Shown: positions 18,422 through 30,325, counted from the stretch's first letter. The stretch is 64,000 nucleotides of DNA from an uncultured Nitrospirales bacterium (GCA_964467615.1 CAYXRK010000004.1:2961-66960); one strand, 5' to 3'. The notes: generated from the sequence alone by a model not told the origin. Numbers and translations are program-made.

Positions 18422-19090
18422 TTACGGCTTGGGAATGAGATAGATCATTGGAAACAAGAAGACCCACACGATATCGACAAAGTGCCAGTAGAAGCCGAAC
18501 ATTTCGATCGGCATAAACCGGTTGGGCCCGAATTTCTTTTTTAGGATGAGAACGAGCAACACCGAGCCGATGCCGACGCCGATGATCATGTGAAAGGCGT
18601 GCATGCCGGTCATGGTGAAGTACAAGACGAAGAAGAGCTTCATGTTCTCGACGGGGCTGACCAACTGCGAGGTCAGTTCGATGTGCGAGAGGTCCCATGA
18701 TATGTTGGGTATAAGCCCGTGGATATATTTCTCGCGGTACTCGAAGTACTTCACGACGAGGAAGGTGGTGCCCAAGAGCAGCGTAAGCACGAAATTGACG
18801 ACGAGGGGCTTGAGCCGGCCGACTTGGGTGTAGTAGACGGACATGGCCATCGTGAGGCTGCTGACCAACAGGACGACGGTATTTCCGGCGCCGATGGTCG
18901 TGTTGAGATGCGTAGCCGCCTCACCCCAGATGTCCGGGTATTTGTAGCGGTACACCGCATACGCGCAGAAGAGGCCGCCGAAGAACATAATTTCCTGGGC
19001 CAAGAACAACCACATTCCGAGGATGTTGACCTCGTTGTGCTGCGCCTTGGTTTCGAAATGTCCCGGAAGCAGAGGCTTCGGCGGACCCAT
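18422..19090 (-). CDS. ctaE: cytochrome c oxidase subunit III
   Basis: ORF 18422..19210; ATG at 19090 (MGPPKP...) or GTG 15 nt upstream with AGGAGG RBS; multi-TM sequence with WHFVDVVW-type motif (YWHFVDIVWVFLF). Confidence 0.85.
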   Translation of the reverse strand: MGPPKPLLPGHFETKAQHNEVNILGMWLFLAQEIMFFGGLFCAYAVYRYKYPDIWGEAATHLNTTIGAGNTVVLLVSSLTMAMSVYYTQVGRLKPLVVNFVLTLLLGTTFLVVKYFEYREKYIHGLIPNISWDLSHIELTSQLVSPVENMKLFFVLYFTMTGMHAFHMIIGVGIGSVLLVLILKKKFGPNRFMPIEMFGFYWHFVDIVWVFLFPMIYLIPKP

Positions 19091-19100
19091 GGTAACGGTG

Positions 19101-20744
19101 CTAGACACTGATGACCTCCTTGCCGGTGTAGTTGTACGGCTCTTCGGTGACGACGGGCACGTCGTGGAAATTGTGCGCGTACGGGGGCGAATCGCACTGC
19201 TCCCATTCAAGGCCTTTCGCGCCCCAGGGATTCGCGCAGGCGCGTTTTCCGTAGAAGCATGACCAAATCAAGTAGCACGTGGCTGTCATGAAGCCCAATC
19301 CCAGCAGCGAGGCGCCTGCCGTGGACATCACGTTGAGCACCTGCCATTCCTCGGGATAGGCGTGGTAACGGCGGGGCATGCCCAGCCACCCAAGTATGAA
19401 TTGCGGGAAGAAGGTGGCATTGAACCCGAAGAAGACACCTATTGCGGTCAGATTTCCAAGGAACCGCGGGTACATGCGGCCCGTCATTTTCGGCCACCAG
19501 AAATGGAGGCCGGCCATGAAGGCCATCACCATGCCGCCTACCATCACGTAGTGGAAGTGCGCGACGACGAAGTAGGTGTCCTGGAGCGGTATGTCCATCC
19601 CCATGGAGGCGAGGAACACTCCCGTCAGGCCGCCGACCGTGAAGAGGCCGATGAATCCGATTGCGTAGAGCATCGGCGTCTCGAAGATGACATTGCCGCC
19701 CCAGAAGGTGGTGGTCCAATTGAACACCTTGATGGCGGAAGGCACCGCGACAAGCATCGTGAGCAGCGAGAACACGAGGCCGAGATAGAATGATTGGCCG
19801 GCCACGAACATGTGGTGGCCCCAGACGAAGAAGCCGAGTATGGCGATGCCCATGCTCGACGCCGCGACGAACGGGTATCCGAAAATCTTGTTGCGCGAGA
19901 AACACGCAATCACTTCGCTGATCACGCCCATTCCCGGAATGATCATGATGTACACGGCGGGGTGGGAGTAGAACCAGAACAGATGTTGAAAGAGGACGGG
20001 ATCGCCGCCGTATCTGGGGTCGAAGAACCCGACGCCCCAAACGCGTTCGAGGGCCACGAGGAACAACGTGATCGCGATGACCGGCGTACCGAGCATCATC
20101 ATGATCGCGGTGGCGTATTGCGCCCACACAAACAAGGGCAGGCGGAACCACGTGAGGCCCGGCGCGCGCATTTTGTGGACGGTCACGATGAAATTGAAGC
20201 CGGTAAAGATTGAGGCGAAGCCGGAGAGGAATGCCGCGGCAGCGGCCAAGAACACCTGCGAGTGGGCGTACTCGGTGCTAAGCGGAGCGTAAAAAGTCCA
20301 GCCGGTATCGACGCCGCCGAGCGCGACGACCGATATCGCGAGTACACCCCCGAGGGCGAAAATCCAGTAGCTCAACAGGTTGATTTTGGGAAACGCGAGG
20401 TCCTTGGCGCCTACCATGATGGGGAGAAGAAAATTGCCGAGCGTCGCCGGGATTGATGGAACAAGAAAGAAGAAGATCATGATCACGCCGTGGAGCGTGA
20501 ACAGTTTGTTGTACGTATCCGGCTGGAACAGGTCGCCTTTGGGAGTGGCGAGTTCGAGGCGAAACAGCATGGCGAAGAGACCGCCAACCAGAAAGAAAAC
20601 CGTGATCGTGATCAGGTACATGATCGCGATCCGCTTATGGTCCTGGGTGAAAATCCAGGACATAAACGAATAGTTATGGTTCCAGTAGTTTTTGGGTCTG
20701 GTCTCGATCGGATGGAGCGCCGAACGTTCAGCTACAACTGCCAT
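19101..20744 (-). CDS. ctaD: cytochrome c oxidase subunit I
   Basis: 547 aa; heme-copper oxidase subunit I signatures (WFFGHPEVY-like [34 protein letters not shown]). Confidence 0.95.
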   Translation of the reverse strand: MAVVAERSALHPIETRPKNYWNHNYSFMSWIFTQDHKRIAIMYLITITVFFLVGGLFAMLFRLELATPKGDLFQPDTYNKLFTLHGVIMIFFFLVPSIPATLGNFLLPIMVGAKDLAFPKINLLSYWIFALGGVLAISVVALGGVDTGWTFYAPLSTEYAHSQVFLAAAAAFLSGFASIFTGFNFIVTVHKMRAPGLTWFRLPLFVWAQYATAIMMMLGTPVIAITLFLVALERVWGVGFFDPRYGGDPVLFQHLFWFYSHPAVYIMIIPGMGVISEVIACFSRNKIFGYPFVAASSMGIAILGFFVWGHHMFVAGQSFYLGLVFSLLTMLVAVPSAIKVFNWTTTFWGGNVIFETPMLYAIGFIGLFTVGGLTGVFLASMGMDIPLQDTYFVVAHFHYVMVGGMVMAFMAGLHFWWPKMTGRMYPRFLGNLTAIGVFFGFNATFFPQFILGWLGMPRRYHAYPEEWQVLNVMSTAGASLLGLGFMTATCYLIWSCFYGKRACANPWGAKGLEWEQCDSPPYAHNFHDVPVVTEEPYNYTGKEVISV

Positions 20745-20759
20745 GACGGTTTCCTCGAC

Positions 20760-21779
20760 TTATGGGGCGGCCGGCGCGGGCGCCGGAGTTGCTTGGGCGG
20801 CCGATGGCTCGGCTTTCCCAATACTTTTGATATATGCGATGATGTTATTGATGTCTTCCGGGCTGAGCGTTTGTGAAAAATTGGCGGGCATCAGCGGGGT
20901 AAAGCCTTGCACGATGCTTTTCGCCGGGGTCAATATCGACTCGAGAATATAGTCTTCGGTCGCGGTCACGGTCGAACCGTCGGTGAGCGTGATCTCAGAC
21001 CCGAATACGCCCTTTAGGTCGGGGCATCGAGCGCCGGTTTGTCCGGTGTGGCAGGTGACACATCCTTGCATTTCGAATAGCGCCATGCCCGCATCGACCG
21101 GCGACAGTTTGGGCCCGCCGGCAAGCCATTGCGCGTAGTCGGCCAGTTCCATGACGTGGACCTTTCCGATCATCAAGCTATGTTCGGTGCCGCAGTACTC
21201 CGCGCAAAAGAGGTGGTAGACACCCACTTTGGTCGGCTCGAACCAGAGCTTGGTGTACTTGCCGGGAATGACGTCTTGCTTGACGCGAAACGCGGGGACA
21301 TAGAAGTCGTGAAGCACGTCTTCGGAGGTCATGGTCAAGTTGACAGGACGGCCCACGGGAACGTGCAATTCGTTGACTTCGCGGACACCGTTGGGGTGTT
21401 GCAACTTCCACATCCATTGTTTGGCGACGACGTCGATCTCGAGTAAGCCATCCTTCGGCGTGTTGAGGTAGTCTTGAAAGAGCACAACCCCCCAAACGAA
21501 ACATCCGAGGAACACGATTGTCGGGACGACCGTCCAGGTGATTTCGAGGATGGGCGCATGCAGAGCGTGTGACGGCCGCTCCACGCCTTCGATCTTTCTA
21601 AACTTGGCGCCCGCGTACACGATGAAGAAGAAGATTCCGAACGTAGCGATCGCGGAAATAATGCAAAGGATATAAAAGAGTGGATCCACGCGGTACGCGA
21701 ACGTGGACGCCTGTTCAGGGAACAGCGGAAAGTTCGCGAGCGTCCACCCGCCGACCTGTTGGATTGATTCGTCTTTCAT
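20760..21779 (-). CDS. ctaC: cytochrome c oxidase subunit II with C-terminal cytochrome c domain (caa3-type)
   Basis: ORF 20760..21878, ATG at 21779 (MKDESIQQ...); CuA motif HLFCAEYCGTEH; C-terminal heme c site CVTCH. Confidence 0.9.
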   Translation of the reverse strand: MKDESIQQVGGWTLANFPLFPEQASTFAYRVDPLFYILCIISAIATFGIFFFIVYAGAKFRKIEGVERPSHALHAPILEITWTVVPTIVFLGCFVWGVVLFQDYLNTPKDGLLEIDVVAKQWMWKLQHPNGVREVNELHVPVGRPVNLTMTSEDVLHDFYVPAFRVKQDVIPGKYTKLWFEPTKVGVYHLFCAEYCGTEHSLMIGKVHVMELADYAQWLAGGPKLSPVDAGMALFEMQGCVTCHTGQTGARCPDLKGVFGSEITLTDGSTVTATEDYILESILTPAKSIVQGFTPLMPANFSQTLSPEDINNIIAYIKSIGKAEPSAAQATPAPAPAAP

Positions 21780-21799
21780 TGCCGGATGTTCCGTTCCTC

Positions 21800-22696
21800 T
21801 TAAGGTGCAGTAGCGCCGGATTTGGCTTCGGACACGGGGATACGCCCGGCGGCGGCCTTCTTGCGGTTCTGACGCCAATCAACGACCCAAAATGTCAAGA
21901 GCCCCAGGACCATGAATACCGCGCCGATGCGCATCGCGCCGATCACGTAGAACCCGTATTTGCCCGAGGCTGGGTCGTACATGTAACACAGCAAAATGAC
22001 TTTGTCCACCAAGTTCCCGATCTTCCCTTCGGATGCTTGGATAAGTCCGAATTCAACATCGCGCGGAATGTACTCGACGCCGTAGAAGTAGTGCGATATG
22101 CGTCCCTGCGGGGTCAGCGCCATGATACCGGCGGCGTGAACATATTGTCCGGTCGCGGGGTCGAAGATGTACCGGTAGCCGACGGTCTCGGCCAGGGCGT
22201 CGATGTTTTCTTTCGTCCCAACGAGGAAATTCCAGCCGGCCTCAGCGCCGGGTTGGTTGAGTTGTTCGAGGTAGCTGGCGCGCTTTGCCTTCGCAAGTTC
22301 CGGCGTCTCGTTAGGATCGATGCTTACGGTGATGACGTTGAAGTCTTCGCCGACTTTGTATTTCATCGCGCCGAGCACGATCTCGAGACCGTTCAGCATT
22401 TGGTTACAGAGCATCGGGCATTGGTAATACACGAGCGCAAGCAAGGCGGGACGATCTCCCACATAGTCGCCGAGCGTTACGTCTCTTCCGTCCTGGTCGA
22501 TGAAATGAAGACCGAGGGGGACCTGGGCGTCCAAATTCTGCTCAATCTCGATGGCGGAGAAGCGCTCCGCCGGATTCGGCCCCTTGAGGGACAGCGGATC
22601 CAGGGGCGCCGGGACCTGCGCGAAGGCGAGCGCCGTCAACGCGACGGACAGTGCCACGCCGCAGAATCGAACGCGATATGTATGGATACTTGTCAT
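21800..22696 (-). CDS. SCO1/SenC family copper chaperone
   Basis: 298 aa; thioredoxin-like fold with CPMLC metal-binding motif; signal/anchor at N-terminus and extra C-terminal TM; upstream of coxII. Confidence 0.85.
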   Translation of the reverse strand: MTSIHTYRVRFCGVALSVALTALAFAQVPAPLDPLSLKGPNPAERFSAIEIEQNLDAQVPLGLHFIDQDGRDVTLGDYVGDRPALLALVYYQCPMLCNQMLNGLEIVLGAMKYKVGEDFNVITVSIDPNETPELAKAKRASYLEQLNQPGAEAGWNFLVGTKENIDALAETVGYRYIFDPATGQYVHAAGIMALTPQGRISHYFYGVEYIPRDVEFGLIQASEGKIGNLVDKVILLCYMYDPASGKYGFYVIGAMRIGAVFMVLGLLTFWVVDWRQNRKKAAAGRIPVSEAKSGATAP

Positions 22697-22699
22697 TTC

Positions 22700-23116
22700 T
22701 TATTGGGTAGATGTGGACACTGGGACTTCGGGGAGCGCGGGGAACGCGGGAAAGCGTCCGTCGTTGGCGATAATCTCCATCGCCTTGCTGACGGGGATGC
22801 GGAATATCTGCTGTTCGGCGCTGATCGTGCCGTATGAGATCGCTTCGTGGTGCTGTTCGCCGCGAAGGACGGCGAGTTCCGCCGGCGGGTCAACCTGCAA
22901 ACGCACGTCCGACTCCCAGGCTTCGTGTTCGGATGCAAGTTTGCTGGGTTTGAAATCGGTTGTGGGCGGCTGGCGATTCAGAGCGCCCATGATTTCGACC
23001 CCGACGAAGAAAGTGATCGCCGTAGTGATGACGAGTCCCACGCCGACGACCACAATTTGCTTAAGGTGAACGTCGGATTTTTCGAATCGACCGTCGTTGG
23101 GAACGTGCTCATGCAT
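22700..23116 (-). CDS. small single-TM membrane protein, possible ACIII accessory subunit (ActG-like)
   Basis: ORF 22700..23155; ATG at 23116 overlaps actF stop (ATGCATGA); one TM helix (IVVVGVGLVITTAITFFVGV); assignment by position only. Confidence 0.35.
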   Translation of the reverse strand: MHEHVPNDGRFEKSDVHLKQIVVVGVGLVITTAITFFVGVEIMGALNRQPPTTDFKPSKLASEHEAWESDVRLQVDPPAELAVLRGEQHHEAISYGTISAEQQIFRIPVSKAMEIIANDGRFPAFPALPEVPVSTSTQ

Positions 23117-24368
23117 GCTCGTGAATCTCCCCGTGGGCGGCCGCGTGCCCGCCATCGACCGCCTCGTACAACCGCGGATCGTTCAGGCTCAACAGCGGCC
23201 GCTTCTGCAATTGTCCGACAAAGAAGTAGAACCAAAGCGAGAACATGCCGCCGAGAACGCAGAGGTGCGTCAGGACGTCTTGCCAATAGATGCCGGGCGC
23301 ATCGACGTGGAACGAGGGATTGATGACCCAGAACACGTCTACGCAGCGCATGATGAGAATGTAGACGCAAATCTTCCGCAGGGTGGTGACCGATTTTTTG
23401 AAGCGGCGATGCAGCAGGATGTTCAGCGGAAGGAAGAAATGGAAGAACATCAAAATCACTGCGAGGATGTTGTGCTCGGGCGTCCAGCGGGCGATGTAAT
23501 AGCTAATCTCCTCGGGCAGGTTCCCGGCCCAGATAATCAGAAACGGCGAGAAGGACATGTAGGCCCACAGTACCGTGAAGGCCATCATTAGATTGCCGAG
23601 ATGGTGGAAGTGCTCGACGCGCAAGTATTGCGAAAGCGGTTTCTCCTCGCCGATGTAGGACAAGATGATCGTCGAGAAAGCGAGTAGGGTAAGGCCCTGG
23701 CTGATCCACGTGTGCGGACCGTAGATGGTCGAGTACCACGACGGCTCGAGCGACATCATCCAGTCCAGCGGCGCGAAGGTCATCGTGATACACCACAACA
23801 ACTGGGCCGGAGGACTCAAACGCCGGAAGTTGAGCGTGATGTTTACGTTCGCGGTGTCGTCGAGGCGCTTGGACCACGTGTTCAGAAGAAATGCCATGGA
23901 TCCAAAGATCGTGAAATAGAGAGCGGCGCGCGCGGCCCATGCCTGCGGATTCAAGTACGCCGCCTTCAACTCGATGTTCTCCCCCATCGTACCCGAGGGA
24001 TGGACCCAGGCGTCGTAGAGGTCATGCACGCCGGAGTTCGTCAGCGGACCCAACAGAATGGGGATGAACAATATCCCAACCAGCGGCAACACGCGCGTGT
24101 TGGCCTCAAGTATGCGTTGAATCACGAAGCTCCAGGCGCCGGAGGTCATGTGGTGAATAAACAACAGCGCGATCGAACCTATGGACAGGCCCGCGACAAG
24201 CACGAACGAGTAGAGCCACGCTTGCATGAAGCTGTCGTTCCACCGGTCACCGGTGCCGATCAGCACGCTCAACACCAAACCGAGCCCCAACAACACGGGG
24301 GCCGCGATGAAACAACGGCCGCGCCACCGTAGAAGGACCGCCGGCAATTTAACGTCACTAGTGGTCAT
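23109..24368 (-). CDS. actF: alternative complex III subunit ActF (NrfD-like membrane subunit)
   Basis: ORF 23109..24464; ATG at 24368 (MTTSDVKL...); ~10 TM helices, NrfD/PsrC-like; follows actE. Confidence 0.75.
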   Translation of the reverse strand: MTTSDVKLPAVLLRWRGRCFIAAPVLLGLGLVLSVLIGTGDRWNDSFMQAWLYSFVLVAGLSIGSIALLFIHHMTSGAWSFVIQRILEANTRVLPLVGILFIPILLGPLTNSGVHDLYDAWVHPSGTMGENIELKAAYLNPQAWAARAALYFTIFGSMAFLLNTWSKRLDDTANVNITLNFRRLSPPAQLLWCITMTFAPLDWMMSLEPSWYSTIYGPHTWISQGLTLLAFSTIILSYIGEEKPLSQYLRVEHFHHLGNLMMAFTVLWAYMSFSPFLIIWAGNLPEEISYYIARWTPEHNILAVILMFFHFFLPLNILLHRRFKKSVTTLRKICVYILIMRCVDVFWVINPSFHVDAPGIYWQDVLTHLCVLGGMFSLWFYFFVGQLQKRPLLSLNDPRLYEAVDGGHAAAHGEIHEHA

Positions 24369-25068
24369 GGGCCTGCTCTTCCTCGCTGCCTTGCGGCGCC
24401 TCGTGTCCGCCCTCGGCGGCCTGGCCGGACGGCGCGTGTCCCGCACCGTGGGTGTCCTCTTCAATAGGCGGCGGATTTTTCGCCGTCTCGATAACCGCTT
24501 CAGGGACGAGGCCGGCGGTCGCGTTCTGGCTCAATTGCAGCGCGCGCACATACGCGGCAATGGCCCAGCGGTCCTCGACTTTGACCCTCGATGCGTAGCT
24601 GTACATCCGCCCGAAACCGTTCGTGATGGTGTCGAAAATGTAGCCGAGTTCGGCCTGGCGCAACCGGTCGATGTGGTAAGACGGGGGAGCGGGGAAACCG
24701 CGCTGGACGACGATGCCGTTGGCGTAGCCCGTTTCGCCGTGACAAACGATGCAGTAGATGTTGAAGCGCTCTTGGCCGCGTTTGAGCAAGTCAGCGGTCA
24801 GTTTGATTTCTGGCGGTAGGGTCTTGGCGAATGCGCCGTCTATCTTTCCCGCGTACAAGTGCTCGTTCGTGCGCGGCTGCTTGTATTGCACCGTTCCGAC
24901 GACCAGGGGCCGCGCGGTCATTTTGTTGTCGAAGAACTTACTGCCTTCGTACGGCCTGTACTTGGCGTTGTTCCACATGTCCCAGTGGCATCCGCCCAGG
25001 CCCGCAATGAGCAGGGCCGCGGGAAGCAGGGGCCGCGCCGCGCGGGATATCGTTCTCATGCTCGTCAT
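24358..25068 (-). CDS. actE: alternative complex III subunit ActE (mono-heme cytochrome c lipoprotein)
   Basis: 236 aa; lipobox LIAGLGGC; single CIVCH heme-binding motif. Confidence 0.8.
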   Translation of the reverse strand: MTSMRTISRAARPLLPAALLIAGLGGCHWDMWNNAKYRPYEGSKFFDNKMTARPLVVGTVQYKQPRTNEHLYAGKIDGAFAKTLPPEIKLTADLLKRGQERFNIYCIVCHGETGYANGIVVQRGFPAPPSYHIDRLRQAELGYIFDTITNGFGRMYSYASRVKVEDRWAIAAYVRALQLSQNATAGLVPEAVIETAKNPPPIEEDTHGAGHAPSGQAAEGGHEAPQGSEEEQAHDH

Positions 25069-25123
25069 CGTTGTTACTCGACTCGTGTATTCGTTTCAGC
25101 GCCGCGCAAAGTGTCGCCGCGAA

Positions 25124-25690
25124 CTATGCCTCTTCGATTACTTCCGAAACCTGGAGCGGCTTGGGGACCAATCGCTCAAGGAAACTTTTCGTCTTGTGTT
25201 CATCGAACCTGGGATCGGCCGACTCGATGCAGAGGAAAAACCGATCACTCGTTGCGCGCTCGAAGTTCTTCGCATTGAAAATAGGGTGGTAGGGCATGGG
25301 AAGACCGTTCAACGCGAGCATGGAAAGGCCGCAGGTAAAGGCCCCGAACAGCACCATGCACTCGAAGGTAATCGGGATAAAGGCCGGCCAACTGAAATAG
25401 GGACGCCCGCCGACTTCATAGGTGTAGTGGTACGCCATGCCGAAGGTTTGCAGTAGAAAGCCCGTGGCGGCGCCGGTCAGGCCCATGACGAGCGTAAGGA
25501 ACGGCACCGCGGTCTTGTTGAATCCGATGCATTCGGCGAGGCCGTGGATGGCAAACGGCGAATAGGCGTCAAGCTGGCGGTATCCTTCCTTGTAGGCGGA
25601 CTTTGCGGCCTGGACGAGGTTGTCCGGATCGTCGTACTCCGCGACGATCCCGTAGACCCTTGGTCCGCTATGTTCGTAGTGTCCTGACAT
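25124..25690 (-). CDS. actD: alternative complex III subunit ActD
   Basis: ORF 25124..25765, ATG at 25690 (MSGHYEHSGPRVYGIVAEYD...); DUF3341-like with two hydrophobic segments; between actC and actE. Confidence 0.75.
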   Translation of the reverse strand: MSGHYEHSGPRVYGIVAEYDDPDNLVQAAKSAYKEGYRQLDAYSPFAIHGLAECIGFNKTAVPFLTLVMGLTGAATGFLLQTFGMAYHYTYEVGGRPYFSWPAFIPITFECMVLFGAFTCGLSMLALNGLPMPYHPIFNAKNFERATSDRFFLCIESADPRFDEHKTKSFLERLVPKPLQVSEVIEEA

Positions 25691-25706
25691 CGTCGAATAC
25701 CCCAGG

Positions 25707-27125
25707 TCAATGATGGGCGCGGCCGGTTTGTTTGTGGTGAAGCACGCGAATCTCGTGAATCGCAATCATCGGCATGAAGCGGATAAACAGGCTCATGCAG
25801 AACGCGAAGAAGCAGAGCGTCCCGACGAAGGTCGCAATGTCCCAGAAGGTGCCGTGGTAGGTCCCCCACGCGGACGGCATGAAGTCGCGCGTGAGGCTCG
25901 TGACGACGATCACGTACCGTTCGAGCCACATGCCGACGTTAATGAACATGCAGATGACGAAGAGCGGAATCGGCGTGATGCGGAACCATTTGATCCAGAG
26001 CAACTGCGGCACCGCGACGTTGCAGAGGAGTAGCGCCCAATATGCCGGCCAATAGGGGCCGGTCATGCGGTTAAACATCATGAACCGTTCGTACTGGCTC
26101 CCGCTGTACCAGGAAAACATGGCTTCCATCGTGTATCCGTAGCCGACCACCATGCCGGTCGTCAACATGACCTTGGCCATCAGGTCGAGATGGCGCGTCG
26201 TGATCAGATGTTCGATTCCGTACCACTTGCGCACCGGGAGGGCCATCGTCAACACCATTGCGAAGCCGGCATAGATCGCGCCCGCGACGAAGTAGGGCGG
26301 GAAGATGGTCGTATGCCAACCCGGGACGATGCCGATCGAGAAGTCGAAGCTGATGATCGAATGCACCGAGACGACCAGCGGTGTGCACAAGCCGGCAAGA
26401 ATGATCGACGCATACTCGTAGCGGAACCAGTGCTTCGCCGATCCGCGCCAGCCCAGCGCAACGGCGCCGTAGGCCCGCTTCACCCACAAGTTCTTCGCGC
26501 GATCGCGCAACGTCGCGAAATCGGGGATAAGACCTATATACCAAAACAGAATCGACACGGAACCGTACGTCGAGATCGCAAACACGTCCCACGCGAGAGG
26601 GCTGCGGAACTGCGGCCACAATCCCATCGTGTTCGGATACGGGAGGATGAAGAACCCGGCCCAGGGCCGGCCCATATGTATCAACGGGAACGTCGCGGCG
26701 CAGGCCACGGCGAAGATGGTCATCGCTTCGGCAAAACGATTGATCGCGTTACGCCAATCTTGCCGCAGGAGCATCAAGATCGCTGAGATAAGCGTGCCTG
26801 CGTGGCCGATACCGATCCACCAAACCAAATTGATGATCGCCCAGCCCCAGCTAATCGGGACCGTTACGCCCCAAATCCCCGTACCCACCGCGAACAGATA
26901 GGTAATCGACATACCGAGCAGGCACACGCCCATGAAACCGATCGTGAACGTAATCCACCATCCCGGAGGGTGCGGCTTTTCGATCACGATGGACGCGATA
27001 TCGTCGGTAATCGAAGCGTACGTCGGCTTGCCGCCAATCAGCGGCGCGACGGGCGCGAGCTGCGGGTACTCGCTATTCCGCAGGATCCGCGGTCGATCTT
27101 CGATGGGTTTTTCAACGGTTGCCAT
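25707..27125 (-). CDS. actC: alternative complex III subunit ActC (NrfD/PsrC-family quinol-interacting membrane subunit)
   Basis: 472 aa polytopic membrane protein; position after actB. Confidence 0.9.
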   Translation of the reverse strand: MATVEKPIEDRPRILRNSEYPQLAPVAPLIGGKPTYASITDDIASIVIEKPHPPGWWITFTIGFMGVCLLGMSITYLFAVGTGIWGVTVPISWGWAIINLVWWIGIGHAGTLISAILMLLRQDWRNAINRFAEAMTIFAVACAATFPLIHMGRPWAGFFILPYPNTMGLWPQFRSPLAWDVFAISTYGSVSILFWYIGLIPDFATLRDRAKNLWVKRAYGAVALGWRGSAKHWFRYEYASIILAGLCTPLVVSVHSIISFDFSIGIVPGWHTTIFPPYFVAGAIYAGFAMVLTMALPVRKWYGIEHLITTRHLDLMAKVMLTTGMVVGYGYTMEAMFSWYSGSQYERFMMFNRMTGPYWPAYWALLLCNVAVPQLLWIKWFRITPIPLFVICMFINVGMWLERYVIVVTSLTRDFMPSAWGTYHGTFWDIATFVGTLCFFAFCMSLFIRFMPMIAIHEIRVLHHKQTGRAHH

Positions 27126-27127
27126 GG

Positions 27128-30100
27128 TTAGGCCCCAAGTTCCGGATTAGGATTCGTCAGCTTGGCCAGATACGTGGTCCGCGGGCGGTTGTTCAGGTCC
27201 GCCAGGATCGTGTAGTTACGCGGGCTGGCCTTCGACTTCGAGACGGCGCTCTCCGCGTCGTTGATGTTTCCGAAGACGATCGCCGAGGACGGACAGGCCT
27301 GTTGACAGGCGGTCGCGATTTCGCCGTCTCGAATGTACCGGCCGTCCTTCTTCGCCTCGATGCGCGCGAAGTTGATCCGTTGCACGCAGTACGTGCACTT
27401 CTCCATCACGCCGCGCGTGCGGACGGTCACGTCCGGGTTGTACATTTCCTTGATCGTTTCCGGGTAGACGTGCGCCGCCCGAAACACGCCTTGGTTACGG
27501 GGAAACATGCGATCTCCCTGCTTGCCCAGCGGCGTGCGACTATAGTTGTAGTAATTGAACCGACGTACCTTGTAGGGGCAGTTGTTGGCGCAATACCGCG
27601 TGCCGATGCAGCGGTTGTACACCATGTCGTTCAGCCCTTCCTTAGAATGTTGTGTCGCGCCGACCGGGCAGACCACTTCGCAGGTCGCGTTCTCGCATTG
27701 CTGGCAGGGCACGGGCAGATGGCCGATCCGAGGATTGTCCGGGGCGCCTTTGTAATAACGGTCGATGCGAATCCAATGCATCTCACGTCCGATCCGGACT
27801 TCCTTCTTCCCCACGACCGGGATGTTGTTCTCCGAACTGCACGCCACGATGCAGGCGTTGCAGCCGGTGCACTTGTTGAGGTCAATGGTCATTCCCCAAC
27901 CGTAGTGCCCTTCGCCGTCCCAGCGTTTCTCTTCGTTGTCCAGCAACGTGTAGTCCTTGCCGAAATCGTGGAACCCTGTAGCGACCACGCTCCCGTGGCC
28001 GCCGTGCTCGTCGGCAGCTTCGCCGTGGCCGGGTTCGTCGTGGGCAGGCGGTTCGTGTTCGTTTCCGTCACCGCCGAGCGACGTTTCGTATTCGCGTTGA
28101 GTAAATTCGCGATGGATGCCTCGGTCTTGCGCGACCTCGTGCGCCTCGCTTTGATAAATGTTGTGGTGTTCGTCCGTGCCCGCGAGCATGTAGTGGCCGA
28201 CCGCATCGCTGACCTGAACGCCCCGAGCAATGCCCATGGCATCGGACGTGCGTACAGCGTAAACATTCGCGCCCCCCGATTCGCCAGGGATCACCGTACC
28301 CACGAGACCTGCCTTCGTCCGCCCGAATCCAAAGTGAAGTGCGACGACGTTGTCCGGCATCGCGGGTTGGACCCAAATCGGCGCTTGCACCGTGCGCTCG
28401 CCGACCGTGATCTCGACGAGGTCCTCATTGCGAAGTCCGCGGGCTATCGCGGTCGCGTAACCGATATAGGCCGCGTTGTCCCAGGTCAGGTGAGACATCG
28501 GCCGCGGCAATTCCTGTAACCAGGCGTTGCTCGCGTACTGGCCGTCCCAAATATACGGATCAGGCAGCAGCAGAAGTTCGAATCCTTCGCTCGCCGCGGC
28601 CTGCGATCCGCGAAGTCCGGAAATGTTGGCCGTGTATCGCGCCGGGCTCGCGGCGGTATTGGCGACGATTCCTTCGCTCAGCGCGTTACGCCAGTTCGCG
28701 TCGAAGCCTGTCTCGCCGAGGCGCGCCTTCCAATACCCTTGTACGACGTCGTGGCTCGTTCGCTCCGTCTCCTCGATCAGCGCCGAGATGAACTCATGGA
28801 CCGTCTTGCCCTCGTACAACGGCGCAACTAATGGCTGAACGAGCGACGCGGTACCCTCGTGCGCCCGCGCGTCGCTCCAGCTCTCAAGGTAGTGCAGCAT
28901 CGGTGCGTGCCAATGGCAAAGCTCCGACGTCTCATCTTCGTACAAACTCAGATGTGCGCGTAGCTCCACTTTGTCGAGTGCGGCAGCGAAGTCCAGATCC
29001 GCCGGAGCGTTGAAAACCGGGTTGCCGCCCACGATCAACAACAACTGGACGGCGCCCGCGTTCATCTCGCCGACGAGCGTCGTGAGATCCGCCAATTGGT
29101 TGACCGGCTTCGCTTCGATGGGCGCGGTGTGCAGCAGGGATTGGCCATCGCTGCCGATTTGGTGGTTGATCGCGTGCGCCAACGCATGCACGACCGCGGG
29201 TTGGTGATCACCGGCGACCACTACGCCCTTGCCGCCGTTGGCCTTCAGGTCCTTTGCCGCGGCGTCTACCCACGCCGTTTCCTCCGCGGACAAACCCGCC
29301 GCTTCGGCGTCAAATTCCACAGTCACGCCCGCGGCCTTGGCCAACGCGAACGCGAGCGCTTCGATCCTCGAGGGCGCAACGGGGAGCCGATGGTCCGCGA
29401 AGGTCCCCGTATTGGTCGGCCAACTCTCGGCCGCGTAGATACGATGGATATCGCCGTGACTGTCGACCGAATCGCGGCGTTTCGAAAAGTCCTTCGCGTA
29501 GCGCACGTGCGCCGGGCCCGAGGAAAGGAAATCTGAATCGAGCGAAACGATCACGTCCGCGTTGTCGAACTTGTATACCGTCTCGACGTATTCGCCGAAC
29601 GCGAGCTTCGCGCCTTCGCGGACGTTGTCGCGGCCTGCAGGCTCCCACTGCCGCCAACTCGCCTGCGGAAACGCCTTGTTGAATTCTTCAAGCTGCCACG
29701 CGAGCGTGGGCGACGTTACGGTCTCGGTCAGGATGGAAATCCCCTTACCGCCGCCCGCCCGTAGATCATCGAGCTTGCCCTTGGTTTCCGCGACAAGGCC
29801 GTCCCAACCCGCGACGTAGCCGCGGTCCAGTACCGACTTCGAACGGTCCGGATCGTACAGCCCGAGGATTGACGCCTGCGTGATGGCGTCAGTAGCGCCC
29901 AGCGACGACGGGTGCTCTGGCAGACCTTCAACTTTGGTGGGCCGGCCGGTATGGCTCTCGACAAGAACGCCATGGGCGTAGCCGCCATGCACAAACGCCG
30001 ACGCGAAATAAACGGGAAGGCCCGGAACGATTTCCTCCGGCAACTTCACGTACGGATAGATCTTTTCGATCGGTTGCCGCGCGCACCCGGTCGTCACGCC

Positions 30101-30325
30101 GGCCAACGCGAGCGACGCGCCCATGACCTTGAGGAAGTTGCGGCGCGTAACGTCGGAAATCGGCGATGCCGCTTGCAAGGGGAATTCATCTTGAAGGTGC
30201 TTCTCGAAGGCGGGCGTTTGCGCCCATTCCTCCAGGCTGCGCCAATACTCGGGGCCACGCTTGCCCTGCAACGACTCGCGGACCTGGCCCATGGAATTCG
30301 CCTCGCTCGTATTCGTGTTGGTCAT
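27128..30325 (-). CDS. actB: alternative complex III subunit ActB (fused molybdopterin-oxidoreductase-like B1 + 4Fe-4S ferredoxin B2)
   Basis: ORF 27128..30334; ATG at 30325 overlaps actA stop (ATGA); Tat signal [17 protein letters not shown]; C-terminal Cys clusters [41 protein letters not shown]...CQQACP. Confidence 0.9.
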   Translation of the reverse strand: MTNTNTSEANSMGQVRESLQGKRGPEYWRSLEEWAQTPAFEKHLQDEFPLQAASPISDVTRRNFLKVMGASLALAGVTTGCARQPIEKIYPYVKLPEEIVPGLPVYFASAFVHGGYAHGVLVESHTGRPTKVEGLPEHPSSLGATDAITQASILGLYDPDRSKSVLDRGYVAGWDGLVAETKGKLDDLRAGGGKGISILTETVTSPTLAWQLEEFNKAFPQASWRQWEPAGRDNVREGAKLAFGEYVETVYKFDNADVIVSLDSDFLSSGPAHVRYAKDFSKRRDSVDSHGDIHRIYAAESWPTNTGTFADHRLPVAPSRIEALAFALAKAAGVTVEFDAEAAGLSAEETAWVDAAAKDLKANGGKGVVVAGDHQPAVVHALAHAINHQIGSDGQSLLHTAPIEAKPVNQLADLTTLVGEMNAGAVQLLLIVGGNPVFNAPADLDFAAALDKVELRAHLSLYEDETSELCHWHAPMLHYLESWSDARAHEGTASLVQPLVAPLYEGKTVHEFISALIEETERTSHDVVQGYWKARLGETGFDANWRNALSEGIVANTAASPARYTANISGLRGSQAAASEGFELLLLPDPYIWDGQYASNAWLQELPRPMSHLTWDNAAYIGYATAIARGLRNEDLVEITVGERTVQAPIWVQPAMPDNVVALHFGFGRTKAGLVGTVIPGESGGANVYAVRTSDAMGIARGVQVSDAVGHYMLAGTDEHHNIYQSEAHEVAQDRGIHREFTQREYETSLGGDGNEHEPPAHDEPGHGEAADEHGGHGSVVATGFHDFGKDYTLLDNEEKRWDGEGHYGWGMTIDLNKCTGCNACIVACSSENNIPVVGKKEVRIGREMHWIRIDRYYKGAPDNPRIGHLPVPCQQCENATCEVVCPVGATQHSKEGLNDMVYNRCIGTRYCANNCPYKVRRFNYYNYSRTPLGKQGDRMFPRNQGVFRAAHVYPETIKEMYNPDVTVRTRGVMEKCTYCVQRINFARIEAKKDGRYIRDGEIATACQQACPSSAIVFGNINDAESAVSKSKASPRNYTILADLNNRPRTTYLAKLTNPNPELGA

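Noticed and set aside
19207-20151. 314-aa ORF in alternate frame of coxI
   Set aside because: R/P/H-rich; coxI frame unambiguous
27119-28519. 466-aa + strand ORF antisense to actB
   Set aside because: R/A/V-rich low complexity; actB frame has Tat signal and Fe-S motifs
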